From Alphaproteobacteria bacterium (lineage in GTDB: Bacteria; Pseudomonadota; Alphaproteobacteria; UBA6615), in the NCBI GenBank assembly GCA_021774575.1, contig JAJFIX010000023.1:4166-68165 (forward strand): DNA of 64,000 nt. The letters run 5' to 3'. The position numbers were made by a program, and so were the translations under genes. The notes under the pieces were generated by a model, which saw only the letters and a program-made list of their open reading frames with translations, was not told the DNA's origin and did no database searches. Below are positions 56,724-64,000 of this stretch, piece after piece; position 1 is the first letter of the stretch; each line of letters opens with the position of its first letter.

Positions 56724-57620
56724 CTATCTGCAGATAGAGGCAAAAATTGATGCCAGGCCGAATGGCCATGATTCGTGCAGAACTGACCAAATTGAGGGTT
56801 TTGCCATCGAATTAGGTGCTGAAGTAGCAGCGGCATGGCCCTTAAGAGTAAAGCGGTTTGACGCCATGGACCGAATTTGCCAAATGCCGAATAACGCGAA
56901 GAACAAGCCGGTCAAAGCATAAACAACGTTACATCCAAAACATGGATTTGGGTATAAAGTCCAAAAAAATTGTTCCCAAAAATTAATAGACGGGAGAGGT
57001 TGGGTAATAGTTGCCACCAGCTCAAAGCTACGTAGCGCTCCTCCAGTTGAAATTTGGCGGAAACAAATTTTATGATTACTTGCCCAACTACAAATAATCC
57101 CATAATAAATAGCATAGTGCGGTTTGTGGCATCATGTGGCCCCCAAAATGCCCAAATATACATGACCGATAGGGCCAGAATTGGGGTAAAAAACAGCCAT
57201 TTAGGAGACGGGATTAACCATCGGCGGCCATCCCAACCCTCTCTTCCAAATGTTTTAAGCGAAAACTGTGCTATGCCAAAGCTGGCAGCTATGCTCACCA
57301 GCGTGGCCATGGCGTTTACTGAACCAAAACTCCAAAATCAGCCGCACCGAGTTTACGTGCCACTAGCATGTTGACAAAAAACATGGAACCGGAGCCGATG
57401 AGTGCCCCGCCCATAGAAGGGATATGTGCGGAAAGTGTCGTTGGGCGGATTGCCAAATAGGCAAGTTAGCAAAATAGGAGGGGTATATACGAACAGGTAT
57501 CCTATTGGCGGGGTTCCCGCTATCAACGGCCTGCAGCACGGCCTCTTTCTTGAGTTCATTCCTGAGCCAAATATGACTTTTTATTTTAATGCCTCCCATG
57601 GTTACAAAACTACCCAGCAA
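56724..57620 (-). pseudogene. Wzx/MOP-type polysaccharide flippase pseudogene (multiple frameshifts, 3' truncated)
   Basis: The minus strand reads ...GGALIGSGSMFFVNMLVARKLGAADFGVLVQ*. A 1-nt shift near 57321-57330 continues as NAMATLVSIAASFGIAQFSLKTFGREG... (ORF 56912-57310). A further frame change leads to ORF 56724-57017. Hydrophobic flippase-like sequence is split over at least 3 frames. Confidence 0.5.
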
Positions 57621-57678
57621 AGCGTATGCAAGCTAGGGACAGTCTAGCTGCGCCCGGTCCTATATCGCGCCAAATCTT

Positions 57679-59160
57679 CTAATACACATTTTCATTTTTC
57701 AACAAAGCCAGGCCGGTAAGCCAAAAAACAATCTTCAGGTCCAACCAGGCCGACCATCTGTCAATGTAATCTAGGTCGAATTTAATTCGGTTTTCCATCT
57801 TCGTTGGGTCGCCGGTTTCGCCGCGCCAGCCATTGACTTGGGCCCATCCAGTTATGCCGGGTTTAACCTTGTGACGGTTGGCGTACCGTTCGATGATTTT
57901 GCCGTATTTGCTGTTGTGAATCAGGGCGTGGGGGCGGGGGCCGACCAAGGACATTTCTCCGGTAAACACGTTCAGGAACTGGGGTAATTCGTCCAGGCTT
58001 GTCCTGCGTAGGAACCGACCGACACGGGTTATCCTTGTATCGTTTTTCGTTGCCTGTTTTAGGCGAGAGGAGGCACTGTCTTCAAGCACACTCATTGAGC
58101 GAAACTTTAGGACGTTGATGACTTGGTGATTTAGTCCATGCCGCTGTTGGCGGAAAATTACCGGCCCAGGACTACTCAGTTTGACGGCTAGGGCAATGAA
58201 ACCAAGAAGCGGAGCTAAAAGTATGAGCGCGGCGCCGGCGATAGAAATATCCATGACGCGCTTCACGCATAGATTCCAGCCGACGAGCGCCGATTTGCGG
58301 ATCTCGATGACATTGGTGCTGCCTAGGCGGCGAATATTAGCTTGCCGTAAATGTCGACCGACCAAGTCGGTGTAAAGGCAGACTTGGGTGGCCAGGGCGC
58401 CGAGTTCATCAAGGGCGCTGACGATCCTCTCTTGGGCAATCTCGGGTACCATAACCACAATGAAATCGACCGGATTCGAACGGCAATACTCGATTAGACC
58501 AGCAAGACCGACCTTCAGTTGGCTGGTCTCGTCCTGGTCGTTGGCGCCATCGAATATGCCTACAATTTCGTATCCGGTATAGCCCAAAGTATCGGCAAAA
58601 TCCCGGCAGTCCTGTCGGTCGCCCAGGATTGCAACTCGTTGCCGGAAATAGCCGCGTCGAACAAGCGCCGCCAGCGTTGCCGCCGCCAGAGTTCGGATAC
58701 CGATCACGCCAATCAGGCTGAAACCAGCCCAAACGATCATCCAGCCGCGCGAGTAATCTTGGCCAATTTTAAGCAAATAGCCGAGTGCGGTCAGAGAGAA
58801 GAACATCGTGGTAATGGCAACGAATATGGCGCTTGCACGCACCGGCATGCGGTGATGAAACGAATCGGTATCGTAAAGGTGACGCGTCCTAAACAGAATG
58901 CTAGCAAAAATCATTCCGACAATGCCGATGGCAAAATATTCACCGAGGCCATTCGCCGTTGCCAAATAGAGATCGAGATAAGCATACTTAGCCAAAATTG
59001 CGGCGGTTAGAATGGTTGCGGCGTCGCCGATCGCCAGGAGATCGGCAATCATCTTCGGCGTGACCGTTTTGACCAGGCCCCGGCGTCGCTTCTGCGCTGC
59101 CGACAGAGGCTGCGGCCTCAATTCGGGGAATTCTAGGGAAGTTGAATTTGTCAAAGACAT
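57679..59160 (-). CDS. exopolysaccharide-priming undecaprenyl-phosphate hexose-1-phosphate transferase (WbaP/ExoY-like bacterial sugar transferase)
   Basis: Four or five N-terminal TM segments, a central Rossmann-like region, and a C-terminal sugar-transferase domain (RFLRRTSLDELPQFLNVFTGEMSLVGPRPH, KPGITGWAQV). Confidence 0.9.
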   Translation of the reverse strand: MSLTNSTSLEFPELRPQPLSAAQKRRRGLVKTVTPKMIADLLAIGDAATILTAAILAKYAYLDLYLATANGLGEYFAIGIVGMIFASILFRTRHLYDTDSFHHRMPVRASAIFVAITTMFFSLTALGYLLKIGQDYSRGWMIVWAGFSLIGVIGIRTLAAATLAALVRRGYFRQRVAILGDRQDCRDFADTLGYTGYEIVGIFDGANDQDETSQLKVGLAGLIEYCRSNPVDFIVVMVPEIAQERIVSALDELGALATQVCLYTDLVGRHLRQANIRRLGSTNVIEIRKSALVGWNLCVKRVMDISIAGAALILLAPLLGFIALAVKLSSPGPVIFRQQRHGLNHQVINVLKFRSMSVLEDSASSRLKQATKNDTRITRVGRFLRRTSLDELPQFLNVFTGEMSLVGPRPHALIHNSKYGKIIERYANRHKVKPGITGWAQVNGWRGETGDPTKMENRIKFDLDYIDRWSAWLDLKIVFWLTGLALLKNENVY

Positions 59161-59250
59161 AAATACTAATGCTAAAGTGCTATAATTGCGGGGGACTCTT
59201 AACTAGTCGAATACGAGTTAGCGCCAATAATGTCGTCAGGTCAATTCAAT

Positions 59251-59652
59251 TTAGTCTTGCCTTGCCGAGTGGTGCGAGAAAACCCAGCAAAAAAATCGGT
59301 TCGCAAGTCGCGCCAAAAAAGCACCGGCAACCACGCCAACTGTATTAACCAGAGCATCGGAGAAGGACACCATGCGACCGGGGGTTTGAGTTTGGGCAAG
59401 CTCAATACCTACTCCAACTAATATGAGATAAAGCAGGGCGGCCAAGATCGGCAATGGTTGACGCAGCGCAACAGCAATCCACCCCGCGAGAGCGAAATAA
59501 ACGGCAAAATGCAGAATCTTATCGTTTTGGTGATGCACAGGCGGCGCAAATTGCGGCATCAGTGATGTGATTGTAACCCCCAGGATCACTGCGAGCCAAA
59601 GACCTAAAATCCCGAACCGTATGCCGGTCCACTGTACGATACCTTGCTTCAT
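59251..59652 (-). CDS. VanZ-like family membrane protein
   Basis: 133 aa starting at the ATG at 59652 (GAGGA upstream). Contains DKILHFAVYFALAGW and GIELAQTQTPGRMVSFSDALVNTVG. The upstream part of the 221-aa ORF is probably not translated. Confidence 0.7.
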   Translation of the reverse strand: MKQGIVQWTGIRFGILGLWLAVILGVTITSLMPQFAPPVHHQNDKILHFAVYFALAGWIAVALRQPLPILAALLYLILVGVGIELAQTQTPGRMVSFSDALVNTVGVVAGAFLARLANRFFCWVFSHHSARQD

Positions 59653-59783
59653 ACGTCCTCTACTGACTGGCGCCGACCTATAAACCAACAAAGTTACCCT
59701 TGCAATATGTAGGGGCAAAATGTGGGGTTGTTGATCGGCTGTGTTGCTGCTGTTATCCTCGTGGATAACACGGTTGGCCTGGA

Positions 59784-60635
59784 GTGTTTCCTCGGCCCGT
59801 AGCGCTATGGGCGTCGTTGATTTTGCCAAAGACCCTGCTAAACAGATTTTTTCGGCGTCGTTCGGCCGTTCCCGCCGAGACAGCGCGCATGCCTGACGGC
59901 CAAATTGTCTACGCAATTGGCGATATCCACGGGCGCGACGATTTACTGCAAGAGTTGGTTGCGAAAATTACCACGAATATTATCAGTGGAACTGGTACTG
60001 GAATGAGCGAGGGCTCGCTCAAACCGGTGCTGATATTTCTCGGCGATTACATCGACCGAGGGAGCGGGGCTAAGGCTGTTATCGATTTTCTCTTATCAAA
60101 TGTGATGGCACCGTTCGAGACGCGGTTCCTACGCGGTAATCACGAGGCCAGCTTGTTGGACTTTCTTCGCGACGGTGTAGGCGGCCCACAATGGGCGCAA
60201 TATGGTGGTTTAGATACTTTGCGGGCATACGGGGTCGTGCCGCCGGCTAGAATGTTTGACCCGAACGCCTGGGCGCGCGCCAGAGAGCAGCTGGCTGAGT
60301 GCCTGCCGCGGGCACATCTACGTTTTTTCGAGATGCTTGAACCTTATGCGATCTACGGTGGCTATTGTTTTGTGCATGCTGGCCTCCGTCCTGGGGTGCC
60401 AATCGCCGACCAGGCCGAAGAGGATTTGATGTGGATTCGTGATGAATTTTTGAACCATAACCGGCCTTTTGAACATATCGTAGTGCACGGTCACTCAGCG
60501 AGTATGGAGCCCGACCAAGGTAAATTCCGAATGGGTATAGATACCGGCGCCTATATTACAGGGCGGCTAACCTCTGCCCGTTTCGAAGCGGACCAAGTTT
60601 CGTTTATTCAGACTGGTCCAAATAGGGCGTCTTAG
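59784..60635 (+). CDS. metallophosphoesterase (PPP-family Ser/Thr phosphatase 1 / PrpA-like)
   Basis: Motifs GDIHGR, GDYIDRG, GNHE and HAG...VHGH. Start is uncertain: GTG 59784, TTG near 59823, or ATG 59889. Confidence 0.8.
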   Translation: MFPRPVALWASLILPKTLLNRFFRRRSAVPAETARMPDGQIVYAIGDIHGRDDLLQELVAKITTNIISGTGTGMSEGSLKPVLIFLGDYIDRGSGAKAVIDFLLSNVMAPFETRFLRGNHEASLLDFLRDGVGGPQWAQYGGLDTLRAYGVVPPARMFDPNAWARAREQLAECLPRAHLRFFEMLEPYAIYGGYCFVHAGLRPGVPIADQAEEDLMWIRDEFLNHNRPFEHIVVHGHSASMEPDQGKFRMGIDTGAYITGRLTSARFEADQVSFIQTGPNRAS

Positions 60636-60790
60636 TTTATGTTGATAATGTTCATTTTCGAGCGTACAGGCTCGTAGTATCACCAGCGTGACAAGCAACC
60701 AACGAGCTGGCGCATAGGCAGGCAACGCCCTTGGCCGTCTCCTTGGAGTGTTGGAATTTGACAGTATATCGAATATTTGAGGTAGTTCGT

Positions 60791-61396
60791 ATGAAGCAAA
60801 TAATTATAGTTTTCATATGCTTGGCACTCATCGTCGGCCTTGCTGCGTGTGGCGGGGGGGATTTTTCCAATTTTCGTGACAGCGATCTCGGCACTGATGG
60901 TGAACATTCCGAAATCGGCCTCGGCACTGCAGCTAGCACCGAGTACGAGCTTGGGGCGGGCGACCAGCTGCGGCTGATCGTGTTCGGAGAGGAAGATTTG
61001 TCCGGGGAATTTCTGGTCGACGGCTCCGGGTATGTGTCGCTGCCGTTGATTGGCGAAGTTCAGGCGGAAAATCACACCGTGCGCGAATTTCAACAAGCGG
61101 TGGAAGAAGAGCTACGGGGAGGGTTCTTAAATGAACCCAGGGTTAGTGCCGAAGTTTTGAATTTTCGGCCGTTCTACATAATGGGTGAGGTCGAGACCCC
61201 TGGAGAATACCCCTATACCGACGGTTTGACCGTGCTCAAGGCCGTCGCCACCGCTGAGGGTTTTACCTTTCGAGCTAATACGCGCCGGGTTTTTATCAAG
61301 CGGGCAGGTGAGGAGGGCGAAATTGAGGCGCCGCTGACCACTGAAACGCAAGTGTTTCCCGGCGATACGGTTCGTATCGTCGAACGGTTTTTCTAG
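60791..61396 (+). CDS. polysaccharide export outer-membrane lipoprotein (Wza/GumB/ExoF-like; Poly_export + SLBB)
   Basis: Lipobox LIVGLAAC. Contains YELGAGDQLRLIVFGEEDLSGEFLVDGSGYVSLPLIGEVQA and FYIMGEVETPGEYPY. Confidence 0.85.
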   Translation: MKQIIIVFICLALIVGLAACGGGDFSNFRDSDLGTDGEHSEIGLGTAASTEYELGAGDQLRLIVFGEEDLSGEFLVDGSGYVSLPLIGEVQAENHTVREFQQAVEEELRGGFLNEPRVSAEVLNFRPFYIMGEVETPGEYPYTDGLTVLKAVATAEGFTFRANTRRVFIKRAGEEGEIEAPLTTETQVFPGDTVRIVERFF

Positions 61397-61420
61397 AAGT
61401 TGACTTGAGGTTGCATAAAT

Positions 61421-61445
61421 GCCCCTAAACGGGGTATGTTTTGTT
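61421..61445 (+). terminator. possible short rho-independent terminator after the export gene
   Basis: GCCCC-taaac-GGGGT followed by atgttttgtt. The stem is short. Confidence 0.35.
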
Positions 61446-61506
61446 GCTCGGCTTGGTGGTCGAGCGTTCTTAAGGTGCATGAGTCTTTGAATCAGGAATT
61501 ATAGTT

Positions 61507-61956
61507 ATGGCAGTATTTTTGAAGAGGGTTCTCGTTGCTGCAATGTTGGCAGTATTGCCGATGGCGGCGATCGGCATAACAAATTCGGTGGTTGCACAGA
61601 GCCTAACTCCTGCGGAGCAGCTCGCCCAGCAGATTGAGGCAGCGATAGCCGCGCTGGGGCCCGATGCGACGGAGGCCGATATATTGGCCGAGATATCCAG
61701 TGTGGTCGCCTCCAGCAATGTGTCGAACGCTGTTGCCTTAAGCGCCCTTGGAATTGTTCAAACGAACGCGAATAATTCAAATAGCCCGGTCGCGGCAACA
61801 ATTGGTGGTGCCGTGAGTTCAGCCATTACCACGCGGACAGCGAATAACACTGGTGGCAGCGGCGGTGGATCCGGAGGCAGCGGTGGCGGCCTTGGCGGCG
61901 GTCCAAATACCGGTGGCGGTGGTGGCGGCGGCGGTGGCTCGGATTACACGGGTTAA
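61507..61956 (+). CDS. small secreted protein with poly-Gly/Ser C-terminus (hypothetical)
   Basis: Signal MAVFLKRVLVAAMLAVLPMAAIGITNSVVA, an Ala/Ser-rich middle, and the tail GGSGGGSGGSGGGLGGGPNTGGGGGGGGGSDYTG. I recognise no family. Confidence 0.5.
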   Translation: MAVFLKRVLVAAMLAVLPMAAIGITNSVVAQSLTPAEQLAQQIEAAIAALGPDATEADILAEISSVVASSNVSNAVALSALGIVQTNANNSNSPVAATIGGAVSSAITTRTANNTGGSGGGSGGSGGGLGGGPNTGGGGGGGGGSDYTG

Positions 61957-62274
61957 TTCGCGACCCCCGTCTCGAACACAGAGCCTGGGGTATGGTGGGC
62001 GTCGCCACGAAAAGGCGCGCCCTCTTACCGCGAGTCTACTTCTGAAGCTATTTACGGTTGTTGCCGCGACGTGGTGGTTTGTCGACCTCTTGGCGACTCG
62101 CAATTTATATACCAAGGGCGGTCACGTTTGTTTCTAACGCCGTCGAAATTCTAGACTAGGCGCGTTAATCGATCGCATTGCAGCATTCGACAGGCACTGG
62201 CCTGTGTCCCGTTTTACACTTTTCAGTATTGCATTCGGGCGATTGAGAAAATAGTTCGAGAATTTTAAGCTGCC

Positions 62275-62619
62275 TCATTCGCCTACTTTTTTGAGTGCAA
62301 CAGGGTCGCCGTGGGGGGTCGATAAATATGCTTGCGTCCAGGCGTGTTTGAGATCGGCAAGGTCACTTGCATTCGCCAAGTCACGGGCAATAAGAAATTC
62401 CTCGAACGTGACCAGCCAAATATCATAATAGTCAGACCCGTCTTTGGGTGACCCGTTATTGTTGGCGAGCTTTAGCGCGATGGCGAATTGATCGGTCCAG
62501 TCTGACCATGAAAAATGGCCGCTGGCAGAGAGGGTATGTGTGACGGCGAAAAGCTCGGCGTGCCATGGTTCAGCGAATGCAGGTTCGGTTTTCTCGGTTC
62601 CGGCGTCATGCGGGGGCAA
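62275..62619 (-). CDS. nitrile hydratase accessory (activator) protein
   Basis: FAEPWHAELFAVTHTLSASGHFSWSDWTDQFA...YYDIWLVTFEEFL matches the NHase accessory/P14K-like family pattern (beta-subunit-homologous). Overlaps nthB by 14 nt. Confidence 0.8.
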   Translation of the reverse strand: MPPHDAGTEKTEPAFAEPWHAELFAVTHTLSASGHFSWSDWTDQFAIALKLANNNGSPKDGSDYYDIWLVTFEEFLIARDLANASDLADLKHAWTQAYLSTPHGDPVALKKVGE

Positions 62620-63277
62620 TGTAGCTCTCCCAAAGATCGACGGTTACCGTATCATGACCTGACGCCATTTCGCCCCAAAGTTCACGGGCGGTAAAGCGCA
62701 CGGTATAGAGATGTTGTGGGTCCTCCCCGGCAAGTTTTGCATTGGTATCGGGAAACACATGGGCGCCATGGCCGCTGATAATTTCTCCGATATGTCCACG
62801 AACATAGCGCGGCAACCGTGTATGACCGGAATGCATATGGCGCGCAGTTCGCACCGTGTCGCCAATACTAAACGCGGGCGGCGAAGAGGTTGCACGCGAG
62901 GAGGGGCGGCCGCGGGGAAGAAATTGCACTAACTCTGCAGTATCGACCGGCGGAGTGGCGACATCTGCGCCCGGACGTGGTTGCCCGGCAGAAATTTCTT
63001 CGGTGGTGACCAGGCCGGTGCTGACCATCAAATTGACTAGCCCGGCCAGCCATTTTTCGTAATAGGAAAAACCCAGATAATCTGCCGGAGGCAGGCATTC
63101 AATTGAATGGCGGCCACCGTCGATATTCCATTTGCGCCAGAATCCCATCAAAGATCGTATCGCCATAACCCGGGGTTCCCAGTCGGCATGAAAAACCGGC
63201 TCGTCACCTTCCCTGTCATCCTCTATGGGGATCGGTCCGAACCCTTCCACGCCGCCGAGATCGTGAACACCATCCAT
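62606..63277 (-). CDS. nthB: nitrile hydratase beta subunit
   Basis: Canonical N-terminus MDGVHDLGGVEGFGPI, followed by FHADWEPRV and YYEKWLAGL. Confidence 0.9.
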   Translation of the reverse strand: MDGVHDLGGVEGFGPIPIEDDREGDEPVFHADWEPRVMAIRSLMGFWRKWNIDGGRHSIECLPPADYLGFSYYEKWLAGLVNLMVSTGLVTTEEISAGQPRPGADVATPPVDTAELVQFLPRGRPSSRATSSPPAFSIGDTVRTARHMHSGHTRLPRYVRGHIGEIISGHGAHVFPDTNAKLAGEDPQHLYTVRFTARELWGEMASGHDTVTVDLWESYIAPA

Positions 63278-63293
63278 GGGTTATGCCTCTACT

Positions 63294-63914
63294 CTAGCCC
63301 GCCTGAGGTTGAGCGGCGAGGCCAGTGCCGATCATGGAATTTCGCGTAACCAAAGATGCAAGCGTATCTAGCGAGAGAGCTTCGCTCCCTTCGGGACGTT
63401 GTGGAATGACCAGATAGCGAATTTCCGCGGTCGAATCCCAGACCCGGATTTCGGTATCGGCGGCCAGTGTAATGCCGAATTCGGCGAGTACGCCCCGCGG
63501 GTCGCGAACCACCCGGGCGCGATAAGTTGCGGATTTGTACCAGACCGGCGGTACGCCGAGCACCGGCCACGGGTAGCACGAACACAAGGTGCAGACGACG
63601 ACATTGTGGGTATGGGCCGTATTCTCGACCGCGACCATATGTTCGCCTTGCAGGCCGGAATAGCCGAGCTCGGAAATGGCTGCCGTGGCGTCGGCGAGCA
63701 ACCGGCTTCGATAGTCGGGGTCGCTCCAGGCGCGCGCAACCACGCGAGCGCCGTTTTGCGGGCCGATTTTATTTTGATAGGCGTCAATCATTGCGTCGAC
63801 GGCAGCTGGGTCGACAAGGCCCTTTTTGACCAGCAGGGTTTCGACTGCCTTCACCCGCAGGGCGGGGTCTGGCGGCAGTAACGCATGAGCATGCTGTTTG
63901 TGTGTGTCAGCCAT
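63294..63914 (-). CDS. nthA: nitrile hydratase alpha subunit, cobalt type
   Basis: The metal-binding claw [15 protein letters not shown] (VCTLCSC is the Co-type; Fe-type is VCSLCSC). Start taken at [10 protein letters not shown] (63914), although the ORF extends to 63983. Confidence 0.9.
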   Translation of the reverse strand: MADTHKQHAHALLPPDPALRVKAVETLLVKKGLVDPAAVDAMIDAYQNKIGPQNGARVVARAWSDPDYRSRLLADATAAISELGYSGLQGEHMVAVENTAHTHNVVVCTLCSCYPWPVLGVPPVWYKSATYRARVVRDPRGVLAEFGITLAADTEIRVWDSTAEIRYLVIPQRPEGSEALSLDTLASLVTRNSMIGTGLAAQPQAG

Positions 63915-64000
63915 AATCTGGAACCACAATGGGTAGGTCGAAAATTGAGATTTAGAATATGTCTTTGGCAAAGGATCTGGCAATGAGTAATTGGACCTGG

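Noticed and set aside
1-64000. Search for tRNA, rRNA, CRISPR arrays, prophage or defence-system genes.
   Set aside because: I could recognise none by eye. The few non-coding stretches are accounted for by the regulatory or decayed regions described above. A covariance-model scan would still be needed to exclude small RNAs.

Overview
This 64-kb window looks like bacterial chromosome, probably alphaproteobacterial. That guess rests only on the gene families present: an FnrN/FnrL-type regulator, ExoP/ExoY-like EPS genes, UrtB with a long periplasmic N-domain, and alpha-beta-accessory nitrile hydratase order. Coding density is high and many genes are translationally coupled through ATGA overlaps. 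I saw no rRNA, tRNA or CRISPR array.

Contents in order:
1. 1-8.8 kb: a LacI-linked catabolic island. It holds two ABC permeases, two divergent M24 creatinase-like hydrolases, an alpha/beta hydrolase, an aldehyde dehydrogenase and a beta-hydroxyacid dehydrogenase.
2. 8.8-11.3 kb: three tandem orphan MlaC/Ttg2D-like periplasmic lipid-binding paralogs.
3. 11.7-19.6 kb: a compact seven-gene periplasmic redox and copper-handling operon. It encodes a His-rich beta-propeller, a duplicated cytochrome c/cupredoxin-like protein, a CcdA/DsbD-like membrane protein, a degenerate HMA protein, a YVTN propeller, SCO1/SenC and an Fnr-type regulator. A convergent cytochrome c follows and an FNR-type box lies upstream. 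I consider this the best candidate for an undescribed system.
4. 19.6-20.5 kb: an approximately 0.8-kb non-coding region with a dense cluster of DnaA-box 9-mers.
5. 20.5-30.8 kb: a 3,4xx-aa surface repeat protein with a large C-terminal beta-barrel-like region.
6. 31.0-41.7 kb: a contiguous urtABCDE-ureDABC-(ureE::ureF fusion)-ureG block behind a sigma54-type promoter.
7. 41.7-49.5 kb: a YghU-type GST, then an OmpR/HK pair with a PepSY / DUF2271 / PepSY_TM-flavodoxin-FNR / ApbE module.
8. 49.6-62 kb: an exopolysaccharide locus containing an AT-rich decayed segment with IS3 remnants, a glycosyltransferase fragment and a frameshifted flippase.
9. 62.3-63.9 kb: a cobalt-type nitrile hydratase operon.

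All functional calls come from reading the translated ORFs by eye. No database search was possible.
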